Source: Candidatus Spechtbacteria bacterium RIFCSPHIGHO2_02_FULL_43_15b (GTDB lineage: Bacteria; Patescibacteriota; Minisyncoccia; Spechtbacterales; HO2-43-30). Taken from it: a stretch of 56,759 bases of DNA. The position numbers and the translations under genes were made by a program. The notes under the pieces are model-generated. The model made no database searches. It saw only the letters and a list, made by a program, of their open reading frames with translations, and had not been told where the DNA came from. Every line of letters starts with the position of its first letter. Position 1 is the first letter of the stretch. Where the stretch lies: NCBI GenBank assembly GCA_001819985.1, contig MHOE01000006.1, positions 25,934 to 82,692 of the forward strand, written 5' to 3'. Shown here piece after piece: positions 27,183-36,000 of this stretch.

Positions 27183-27210
27183 TTGACTATTCTTTATTTT
27201 GTTGTATATT
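27183..27210 (+). promoter_or_regulatory. Sigma70-like promoter (TTGACT, 16-nt spacer, TATATT)
   Basis: -35 lies at 27183-27188 and -10 at 27205-27210, about 30 nt upstream of ATG 27241. Confidence 0.45.
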
Positions 27211-27240
27211 ATAGGATAGTTACGATCAAAGGGGGACTAT

Positions 27241-27900
27241 ATGAGGATAGGGCTGTTCATATTACTTCTAGGGGCGTATTTGGTTTGTTTAATTGCGTGT
27301 CCATTCGTGGCGTTCTCGGCGTTCGTAAGAAGAATAATAGGAAAAGGCAGAAATAATGCCGCAAAATCCCCAACCGTTGAAGTGGGGCGCGAGATAAGAA
27401 TAGATGGAATGTGGAATCTGCCAAAATATCGCAATTCACGCATTCCGACCGTAGCAATAAATTGGTTCTTTTTGAAGCTTCTGCTGGATCTTTTACAAAA
27501 TAAACACGGAGTTAAATTCCTCAGCGAGGAAGCGCGCGTTTGTCAGAAATGCGGGACAGGAAGAGGATTCTACGCGATTATAGGGATCGGGGAAGCATCT
27601 TTACTGGTAAGAGTGTTTTGGCTTGCCACGGGAGAAGGTTTTGAATTTGACAACAAAATTTTTTTATCAACGGAAGCAGGTAATGCTTTAGGAATTCGCG
27701 ATCCGCAAAATTTGCCGTACAGCGTAAGAATTAAAAGTTTTTTGGTTTTGTGTGAGGAAGAAGCGGAGACGCTAGCTTTAATCGGAAGATTGCCGGACGA
27801 AACCGAGCATCGGACTCCAGCGGTTCTTAGTGGTAGATTAAAGGAAGAACTCGAAGAAATTTTGTCAGGCAGTAATGGAGGTGATCAGTGCGAGGCATAA
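27241..27900 (+). CDS. Hypothetical single-pass membrane protein
   Basis: It has an N-terminal TM helix (IGLFILLLGAYLVCLIACPFVAFSAFV) and a soluble ~180-aa remainder. Its 3' end overlaps the next gene by 13 nt. Confidence 0.5.
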   Translation: MRIGLFILLLGAYLVCLIACPFVAFSAFVRRIIGKGRNNAAKSPTVEVGREIRIDGMWNLPKYRNSRIPTVAINWFFLKLLLDLLQNKHGVKFLSEEARVCQKCGTGRGFYAIIGIGEASLLVRVFWLATGEGFEFDNKIFLSTEAGNALGIRDPQNLPYSVRIKSFLVLCEEEAETLALIGRLPDETEHRTPAVLSGRLKEELEEILSGSNGGDQCEA

Positions 27901-28637
27901 AAATTTACATAGGCAGTTTAAGGATAGAAGTCCATTTTACAGTTGCATTTTTATTTTTGTTAGCAGTACTTGGTGCGAAAGTTATATTTGATTCAAAAAT
28001 CTACGAATCCGGATTTGTTCCAGAAATACTCATGTGGGCTTTTGGACTTGTTTATGCCGTGGGGGTTATTTGGTCATTTCTCGTTCACGAGTTAAGCCAC
28101 TATTTAGTGGCAAAATGGTTTGGTGGTGACGCTGAAAGCGTGAACCTGTATTTTTTCGGCGGGTTTTCTGTGATTAATTTGGAAGATTCGCCAGGGCGTA
28201 TATTTCTAATAATGGTTGCGGGTCCGGTGTCGAATCTTTTATTGAGTTTGGTGTTCTTTGCTATCCTATCATTGACCCACCTTCAGTTCTTGCAAGAAGA
28301 GCAGATCGCGATAGTTACAATGCGCGTTTTATTTTGGTATCTTGTGAAGTTGAATTTAATACTGGCAGTACTTAATCTCATACCCGCACCTCCTCTAGAT
28401 GGAGGAAACGCGCTGATGTCTGCTTTGGAATTTTTCAAAGTAGGAAAAATAAAATCGGCTACCATAGCATTGATAGCGACATTTATACTTTTTTTAATCG
28501 TCCTTTTTTTTGCGTTTATGACCATAAACCCTCTGCTTGCGTTATCTGTGTTCTTGTTTGGGTTATTTTGCCTATCTAAGGCAAAGAAAAATTTAAGGAA
28601 TTTAAGAATCGAAGAGAGGATTAGTCGAGAGAAATAA
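27888..28637 (+). CDS. M50-family (site-2-protease-like) membrane metalloprotease, no PDZ domain
   Basis: It uses a GTG start and has HELSH (HExxH) and LNLIPAPPLDGGNAL motifs. It is polytopic. Confidence 0.75.
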   Translation: MRGIKIYIGSLRIEVHFTVAFLFLLAVLGAKVIFDSKIYESGFVPEILMWAFGLVYAVGVIWSFLVHELSHYLVAKWFGGDAESVNLYFFGGFSVINLEDSPGRIFLIMVAGPVSNLLLSLVFFAILSLTHLQFLQEEQIAIVTMRVLFWYLVKLNLILAVLNLIPAPPLDGGNALMSALEFFKVGKIKSATIALIATFILFLIVLFFAFMTINPLLALSVFLFGLFCLSKAKKNLRNLRIEERISREK

Positions 28638-28640
28638 ACA

Positions 28641-28662
28641 AAACCGCTACGGCGGTTTTTTA
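28641..28662 (+). terminator. Rho-independent terminator
   Basis: The hairpin AAACCGC-tacg-GCGGTTT is followed by TTTT. Confidence 0.55.
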
Positions 28663-28691
28663 TTGACTTTTTTCATTTAGTGTTTTAATAT
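28663..28691 (+). promoter_or_regulatory. Sigma70-like promoter (TTGACT, 17-nt spacer, TAATAT)
   Basis: -35 lies at 28663-28668 and -10 at 28686-28691, 45 nt upstream of ATG 28736. Confidence 0.45.
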
Positions 28692-28735
28692 AAAAAATTA
28701 TGAACCTTGCCAATTCAAATTATATGGAGGTCTAA

Positions 28736-31231
28736 ATGACGGAGCGCACGGCAGATACAGTGGTATTTGAAGTACCTTTAAGCGATATTGAATGGACATG
28801 CAAAATGCCAAATTTCGATACGACCAAAGATATACTTCCGATAAGCAGGGATGTTCTTATTGGTCAGGGAAGGGCGGTTATGGCGCTTAAGTTGGCGCTT
28901 GGAACCCCGGGACACATATATACAAATTCGCCGTTGAATTCGGCGCTTGTCGGAAAAATAAGGAAACTACTTAGCGCGGTCGTCGGAGACAGCGGGGGTA
29001 AAGATGTATCTGATATTATTTGCGTGTATAATTTCCAAAAGCCAGACAACCCCCGCTTAATAAAAATAGGCAGGGGTCAGGGTGTTATTTTGAAAGAGGA
29101 GCTATCTAAGCTTCTAACGCGACTGAAGGAAGAAGTTCCTAGCGGTATAAGTGATGAATCCTTTGATATCCGAAGACAGAAGCTTTTAAGGGAATACGAA
29201 CATAGGTTAAGTATAATTTGCGCCGCGAAAGTAGAAACAAAGTCGTTAGGAGCACTCTCTTTTACATGGGCATGGGAAAACGCTCCTGAAGGCCTCAAGC
29301 TTGGCCTGGTTAAAGTTCAAGAAAGAGCGCGGCAAGTTTCTTTAACGGATTCTACGGAAGGTAACGCGTTAGTGCCGACATCCATGGAATTATCCGGGCT
29401 TTCCCCGGAGGAGCAGGGTGATTTAATTAGGACCCAGAATGAAATACTCCGTAGCATAGGGGAAGCGCGTAACCTCCTAAACGAACGCGTTCGTAAGTTA
29501 GAGGAAGAGGCCTGCGCGGCGGTATTTTCCAATAAAGGGGCAATCCTTTGGAAATCATACGCAGGAAACCAGAAAGTATTGGATTTCCTGAATGACCTTA
29601 AAGAATACAGCATTCGCCATCTGGATATTTTCTTAGACAACGGACCAGTAAGTCAGCAAATCCCGTTTTTTCCAAATCCGAATACGATGCGTGACCCGTT
29701 TGTCCAGTTCGATGTTAATGTGGTTGTGGACAGCACGGGCGTAAAGGAAGTGCCGGTTTTTATCGAAGGAAATCCGACAGCCTCTCGGCTTTTTGGTCAG
29801 GTTCTTAGAAAAGGCGCTTCTCCGTTCGGAGCGGGTTTGGATGACCACACAATGGTGAGAGCCGGAGCGTTGGCTAAAGCGAACGGCGGGATTCTTATAG
29901 TTCCGATAATCGAATTGTTTAAGAACGACACATTCGCGCGGCTCCTATCGGTTCTTTCAATGGGGCGGTTGGACTTGGGAGAAGTGCCGGATCTTTTAGG
30001 AGCATTCGGGAGCAATATAAAGCCCGAGTCGTTAGAAATAAGCACGAAAATTGTTTTTGTGGGTCCTATGCTGTGGTACAACTTACTGTCGGAAAATATC
30101 GTGTTTCAAGGTCAAGTCCGTGATGTTATAAAAACTGTCGCGGAATTCGAGTCGGAAGTTCTACAGACCCCGGAATCTGTCGAACAGATATTGGCTTTGC
30201 TTGCAATGTTTTCCGAAAGTCCGGAGGTGAATATGCCTACGGACAGAGAGGGAGCGCATCGTCTTTTGAGATACTCTTCCCGGATGTCGGGGGATAAGGG
30301 AAAATTCTCCCTCGACATGAGTCCCGTTAAGAGATTACTGGTGGAAGCGGCATTTTGGGCAAGGGAAGAGGGCGTCAGCATAATAGGCGCGAAACACATA
30401 AGAAGTGCCCTAGATGCCCAGGCGTTTATGAGAGGCGGCATCAGAGATAGGATGCTGTCTTTAATAAAAAACGGCACTCTTATAGTGGACATCGAGGGAT
30501 TAAAAGTGGGAGAGGTAAACGCTCTTGTCGTTTATGGTGGAATGCAGGAAAGTTTCGGATTGCCCATGAAGGTTACGGTTCAGACCTTCGCTGGCGGCAA
30601 GGGAGTAATAAGTATCGAAGCTTTGGTCGGCCAGTCAGGGCCAAGCCATCAAAAAAGCTTCAAGATATTAGAAGGGTTTTTTAATAAAAGGTATGGCGGG
30701 ATTTCCCCGTTAAATTTTGTAGCATCTGTCGCATTCGAGCAGAGCTATAGGGGAGTTGACGGGGATAGCGCAACCCTAGCGCAATTATGCGGAATAGTTT
30801 CTTCTCTTTCAGGTCTTCCCTTGAGACAAGACATTGCTATAACTGGCTCAATGAACCAGACAGGTCTTGTTCAGGCGATCGGCGGGGAAGAAGAGAAGAT
30901 CGAGGGATTTTACAGGACTTGTTGCTTAGTAGGTCCCCTCACAGGAACGCAGGGAGTGGTGATTCCACGGCGAAACCTCCAAGGCCTTGTGCTGGGTGAC
31001 GATGTGACAGAAGCGGTGAGAGAAAAAAAATTCCATCTCTATGCCGTGGAACATGTCGACGAGGCGATGGAAATTTTAACAGGCGTAATCGCGGGTAAAT
31101 TTAGCCATACGGGCAGGAAAGGTTCCAAGGACGCGGGCTTGCCGGTATTTCCGGCAGGCACGCTTAACTCGATGGTTATGGAAGGATTAAAACTGATGAA
31201 TGCATTTGGGGTTTCAAAGAAAAATAATTAG
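28736..31231 (+). CDS. LonC-like Lon-family serine protease with degenerate AAA-like module
   Basis: SD GGAGG is present. The C-terminal S16 domain carries Ser in VDGDSATLA (30767-30769) and Lys in GGEEEKIEGF (30896-30898). The N-terminal Lon-related module (LIGQGRAVMAL...) has no P-loop: GTPGHIYTNSPLNSALVGKI sits where GxxGxGK[ST] is expected, and ILIVPIIE sits where Walker B is expected. A long helical insertion is present. Confidence 0.8.
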   Translation: MTERTADTVVFEVPLSDIEWTCKMPNFDTTKDILPISRDVLIGQGRAVMALKLALGTPGHIYTNSPLNSALVGKIRKLLSAVVGDSGGKDVSDIICVYNFQKPDNPRLIKIGRGQGVILKEELSKLLTRLKEEVPSGISDESFDIRRQKLLREYEHRLSIICAAKVETKSLGALSFTWAWENAPEGLKLGLVKVQERARQVSLTDSTEGNALVPTSMELSGLSPEEQGDLIRTQNEILRSIGEARNLLNERVRKLEEEACAAVFSNKGAILWKSYAGNQKVLDFLNDLKEYSIRHLDIFLDNGPVSQQIPFFPNPNTMRDPFVQFDVNVVVDSTGVKEVPVFIEGNPTASRLFGQVLRKGASPFGAGLDDHTMVRAGALAKANGGILIVPIIELFKNDTFARLLSVLSMGRLDLGEVPDLLGAFGSNIKPESLEISTKIVFVGPMLWYNLLSENIVFQGQVRDVIKTVAEFESEVLQTPESVEQILALLAMFSESPEVNMPTDREGAHRLLRYSSRMSGDKGKFSLDMSPVKRLLVEAAFWAREEGVSIIGAKHIRSALDAQAFMRGGIRDRMLSLIKNGTLIVDIEGLKVGEVNALVVYGGMQESFGLPMKVTVQTFAGGKGVISIEALVGQSGPSHQKSFKILEGFFNKRYGGISPLNFVASVAFEQSYRGVDGDSATLAQLCGIVSSLSGLPLRQDIAITGSMNQTGLVQAIGGEEEKIEGFYRTCCLVGPLTGTQGVVIPRRNLQGLVLGDDVTEAVREKKFHLYAVEHVDEAMEILTGVIAGKFSHTGRKGSKDAGLPVFPAGTLNSMVMEGLKLMNAFGVSKKNN

Positions 31232-31232
31232 T

Positions 31233-31258
31233 AAAACGGGCAATCGCCCGTTTTTTAT
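31233..31258 (+). terminator. Rho-independent terminator
   Basis: The hairpin AAAACGGGC-aatc-GCCCGTTTT is followed by TTTATTT. Confidence 0.65.
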
Positions 31259-31315
31259 TTGCGGTAATCGTGGAGCTGTTTATAATAGTATAAGCAGTTT
31301 CAAAAAGGAGTGTTT

Positions 31316-32608
31316 ATGCCAAGAAAAAAAGTAGTTCTTGCGTACTCCGGAGGATTGGACACTTCGGTGATTTGCCATTGGTTGGCATCCAGAGGATACG
31401 AAGTTATTTGCTGTGTCGTGGATGTCGGGCAGGGTGATTTATTTGGACTTAAAGAAAAAGCTTTAGCGTCCGGAGCTTATGATTTTGTGTTGCGCGACGC
31501 AAAATACGAGTTTATAAAATCAGGTCTTTTCCAGTGTCTTAGGGTGCAGGCAAGATACGAAGGAGAATATTTGCTTGGGACGGCCATAGCCAGGCCTTTC
31601 ATTGCAAAGAAAGTGATAGATGTAGCAAAAGAGCGCGGAGCCGTAGCTGTAGCGCACGGAGCTACGGGGAAAGGAAATGACCAGGTGCGATTTGAGCTCG
31701 CGGTATGTTCTATTGACGATTCTCTGATGGTCATAGCGCCGTGGCGCGATAAGCAATTCAGAAAAGCAATACCCGGAAGAAAAGAGGCGATAGAATACGC
31801 TTCGAAAAATAACATACCGATTTCAAATACGCAAAGCAAGCCATGGAGCACGGATAAGAACATAGGTCATACAAGTCACGAGGCTGGAAGGCTTGAAGAT
31901 CCTTGGCAGAGTCCTCCGGACGATATTTTTGAGATGAGTTATTGCCCATGGATAAAGGAAGAATATTTGGACATTAGTTTGATATTTAAGGACGGGGAAG
32001 TGAGTGGTGTAAGGTCGCAAAACAACAAAGATTCGGTGGAAATAATTATAAGTTTTGAAGACGGATTTCCGGTTTGCGTGAATTATTTTGGCAATGATGA
32101 TTTGACAATCATTAAAACACTCAACGCGTGCGCGGGAGCGAGAGGCATAGGGGTTATCGATACAGTAGAAGACAGGATTGTCGGGATGAAGGCAAGGGGA
32201 GTATATGAAGCGCCTGGAATGACACTTTTATACGCGGCGCATTTAGCGCTTCTAAAACTTTGCCTTTCAAAAGAGGATTTGCATCATTTGCTTCACGCTT
32301 CAATAGATTATGGTCGGCTTGTATATGAAGGCAGATGGTTTAGCGACGAGAAAGAATCAATGGATTCAATTATTGATACATGGAACAAGAAAGTTACTGG
32401 AGATGTGCGCTTGCTATTGCATAAAGGAGGTTTTAGAATAGCAGGGAGGAGGTCGCCCTACTCTTTATACAGCGAAGGTCTCGCGACAATGGAAGGCGGT
32501 GAGGAATTTTTCAATCAGGATGATGCGAGCGGTTTTTTGAAAATTTCAGGGATTGAAGCAAAAATTCAAGCGAAGAGAAGGAGGATGATATATGGCAGAG
32601 CAGAGTGA
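31316..32608 (+). CDS. argG: Argininosuccinate synthase
   Basis: It has AYSGGLDTS, AHGATGKGNDQVRFE and WSTDKNIGHTSHEAGRLEDP. I chose ATG 31316 (AAGGAG 5 nt upstream) over GTG 31310. Confidence 0.9.
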   Translation: MPRKKVVLAYSGGLDTSVICHWLASRGYEVICCVVDVGQGDLFGLKEKALASGAYDFVLRDAKYEFIKSGLFQCLRVQARYEGEYLLGTAIARPFIAKKVIDVAKERGAVAVAHGATGKGNDQVRFELAVCSIDDSLMVIAPWRDKQFRKAIPGRKEAIEYASKNNIPISNTQSKPWSTDKNIGHTSHEAGRLEDPWQSPPDDIFEMSYCPWIKEEYLDISLIFKDGEVSGVRSQNNKDSVEIIISFEDGFPVCVNYFGNDDLTIIKTLNACAGARGIGVIDTVEDRIVGMKARGVYEAPGMTLLYAAHLALLKLCLSKEDLHHLLHASIDYGRLVYEGRWFSDEKESMDSIIDTWNKKVTGDVRLLLHKGGFRIAGRRSPYSLYSEGLATMEGGEEFFNQDDASGFLKISGIEAKIQAKRRRMIYGRAE

Positions 32609-32888
32609 ATATATGAATGACGAAGGTTTATCCAGTAGTCAAGAAGAGCGGGACGAATTAGCGAGATGCATCAAGGAGCTCGGCGAAAATGAAAATTCGG
32701 GATTGAGCATACCCGCGGTAGCGGAGTTATTGGTGGAAGACGACACAGCTATCGGCGAAGCGATGCTGGACATGATGGTTTACGCATGCAAAAGGTGGAG
32801 AATTTCTGCTAGAGAATACCTGGAAAGTCCTAGAAGTGATTTATTAAGAGAAACCTGCCATGATTTCTTAAAGTTTAAGTTGATATAG
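32592..32888 (+). CDS. Hypothetical acidic protein (98 aa)
   Basis: A strong SD (AGGAGG, 7 nt upstream) is embedded in the argG 3' end, and the gene overlaps argG by 17 nt. I recognised no family. Confidence 0.5.
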   Translation: MAEQSEYMNDEGLSSSQEERDELARCIKELGENENSGLSIPAVAELLVEDDTAIGEAMLDMMVYACKRWRISAREYLESPRSDLLRETCHDFLKFKLI

Positions 32889-32903
32889 CCCACAAAACGA
32901 CTT

Positions 32904-32960
32904 GTCCTTCGGCAAGCTCGGGATAAACCCCGAAGCTAGTCGAAGGGCTTTTATTTTAGC
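32904..32960 (+). terminator. Compound stem-loop followed by a U-tract (probable terminator of argG operon)
   Basis: The outer stem GTCCTTCG (32904-32911) pairs with CGAAGGGC (32941-32948). It encloses an inner hairpin GCTCGGG-ataaa-CCCCGAAGC and is followed by TTTTATTTTA. Confidence 0.4.
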
Positions 32961-33012
32961 CAAAAATAAGTTATTGTGAGTGTTATAGTAGCGTAGCGTT
33001 TCATAAAATTAT

Positions 33013-36000
33013 ATGGATTTAATTAAGCAAGAAAAGAGAATATTAAAGTTTTGGAAAGAGTCCGAAGTTTTCGAAAGAAGCGTAAAAAACCGGATAAAAT
33101 CTCAGGAATTTGTTTTTTACGAGGGACCTCCGACAGCAAACGCGCGACCCGGCATACACCATGTTTTATCGCGGTCATTCAAGGATGTTTTGTTAAGGTA
33201 TAAAACTATGCGCGGATATAGGGTGGAAAGAAGGGCTGGTTGGGATACTCACGGTCTGCCGGTTGAAATAGAAGTGGAGAAATCGTTAGGTCTTAAAAAT
33301 AAAAAAGATGTGGAAAAATACGGAGTTTCAAAGTTTAACGAAAAGTGCAGAGAGTCCGTGTGGAAGTACAAGGCGGAGTGGGAATATCTTACGGAGCGCA
33401 TAGGTTTTTGGCTGGATATGAAAAATCCGTACATAACTTACGACCCTATGTATATGGAAAGTTTATGGTGGATTATCAAGAGAGCATACGATAAAGGATT
33501 GCTTTATGAGGGTCATCGCGTAGCTCCATATTGTCCAAGATGCGGGACTTCGGTTTCTTCACACGAAGTTGCTCAAGGTTATGAAGATGTGGTTGATAAA
33601 TCGGTTTTTGTAAAATTCGAAATTCGTTTGTTTGATCAATGGTTAGGAAAAAATACTGGAAATTCCGAATCTGGGGTAAATTCAAAATCAAAAATCAAAA
33701 ATTCAAAAACATATCTGCTTGCATGGACAACAACACCGTGGACATTAGCGGGTAATGTGGCTTTGGCGGTAGGGCCTGATATTGTTTATGTTTTAGCGGA
33801 GGGTGACGGTAATGAGCGGTATATTTTAGCTAAAGACAGGGTAGAGGAAGTTTTCAAAAAAAACAATCCTAAAATCATACGCGAGATGAAGGGGAAAGAT
33901 CTTGATGGAATAGAATATGAGCCAGTTTTTGATTCCCTCAAAAATCAAAAAGGTAAAAAGTATTATGTTTGTCTCGCGGATTTTGTGACGACTAAAGAAG
34001 GTACGGGTATTGTTCATACGGCGGTGATGTACGGCGAAGATGATTATAATATTGGGGAAAAACTTGGGCTTCCAAAGGTTCATACCGTAGATAAAGAAGG
34101 AAAGTTCAACAACCTTGTTCCGCAATGGGCTGGAATATTCGTGAAAGACGCAGAAAAAGATATTATAGCGGATCTTAAGAAAAGAAACTTTATTTTCGGA
34201 GACATTTTGCCGTATAAGCACTCTTATCCTTTTTGTTGGAGGTGTAAAACCCCTCTATTGTATTACGCGATGGATTCGTGGTTTTTAATGATGAGTTCGC
34301 TTAGGGATATACTGATAAAAAGTAACGACAAAGTAAACTGGATACCGCCGCACATAAAAAACGGCAGATTTGGCGAATGGCTCGTTGAGTTAAAGGATTG
34401 GAATTTTTCAAGAAACAGATACTGGGGCACTCCTTTGCCCGTGTGGAAATGCGAAAAATGTTCAAACATCGAAGTTATCGGTTCTCGTGATGATTTGTAT
34501 GCTCAAAATTTTAGCACGAACGCGTTTTTTATAATGAGGCACGGCGAGTCGGAAAAAAACAATCGTCCGAATCCCGTATTGTCAACTAAATGGCCGGAGA
34601 CAATAAAATATCATTTGACCGAAAAAGGAAAAGAGGATGTTGTTAAATCCGTGAGATTGATAAGAAATAAAGGTGGAGTGGATTTAATATTCGCGTCAGA
34701 TTTCACAAGAACAAAAGAAACCGCGGAGATTTTGGCAAAAGAACTTGGAGCAAAACTTTATTTTGATAAGAGGATCAGAGAAATTGATCTTGGGACATAC
34801 GATGGTCGTACGGAGCAGGATTTCAAGATAAATTTTCCGGACTTTGCGAAAAGGTTTGAAAAGTGCGCTCCAGAGGGAGAAAATTACACAAAATTGCGCA
34901 AGCGGATGTTTTCCTTTATGCATTTTGTAAACAAAAAATACAAAAATAAAAGAATTTTAATTGTAAGTCATGGGGACCCGCTGGTTATTCTCCAATCAGC
35001 GCTAAGAGGTTTAACGATTAAAGAAACGGCTGAGGAAAAAAGCAAGAATTATATAGAAGTCGGAGAGGTGAGGGATGCTATTTTCAAGCACTTTCCTTAC
35101 GGGAAAAGAGGCGAGCTGGATTTGCATAGGCCCTATGTGGATGAAGTGAGATTCCAGTGTTCAAAGTGCAAAGACGAGTTATGCGATTATATGAAGAGAG
35201 TAGAGGATCTTGTGGATGTTTGGTTTGATTCCGGGAGTATGCCATTTGCGCAGGGTTACTGGCCATTTTGCCACGGGAAAACAAAACGCGAGTCGGTTCC
35301 TGAAAAATTTCCAGCGGATTACATTTGCGAAGGCATAGACCAGACGCGCGGATGGTTTTACACTTTATTTGGGGTTTCCGCTCTGCTTGGTTTCGGAGCG
35401 CCTTATAAGAATGTTATTTCCCTAGCCCATGTGCTTGATAAAAATGGAAAGAAAATGTCAAAGTCGAAGGGTAATACAGTGGATCCGCAGGTAATTATTG
35501 ATAAATACGGCGCAGATTCTCTTAGGTGGTATTTTTACACCGTGAATCAGCCGGGAGATTATAAGCGGTTTGACGAAAGAGATATTCAAAAATCTTACAG
35601 GAAATTTATATCAACTCTTTACAATACTTACATTTTTTACGCGACATATAAAATTAAGGTTCCGAGTTCTTACAAGACAAGATCGACGGAATATCTGGAT
35701 GAGTGGATTTTGTCTAAATTGAACAAGCTTATAGACGAAGCGTCAAAAAAACTCGATAGCTACGATGTAACAGGCGCGGCGAGGAGCATGGAATCATTTG
35801 TTATAGACGATTTGTCGAACTGGTATGTGCGCCGTTCGAGAAAGAGATTCCAGAACCCAAATTCAGAGAAAGAAAAGAAAGATGCGGCTTACACTTTGCG
35901 TCATGTGCTTTTCGAGGTGAGCAAGTTATGCGCGCCTTTCGTGCCATTTTTAAGCGAGCATATATACTTGGGGCTACAATCTGATGCGAATAGGCAAAGC

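Noticed and set aside
25476-32960. attL/attR-type duplication of the tRNA-Glu 3' end marking an integrated island.
   Set aside because: I could not find a second copy of the tRNA 3' segment (for example TTCGATTCCCCTCGGGGC) anywhere in the window, and no integrase is present. The island idea is kept only as a low-interest hypothesis.
32889-33012. T-box or other riboswitch leaders upstream of the four aminoacyl-tRNA synthetase genes (ileS, valS, glyQS, metG).
   Set aside because: The upstream gaps are 124, 27 (operon), 109 and 44 nt. That is too short for a T-box, and I saw no T-box consensus or specifier-loop architecture.
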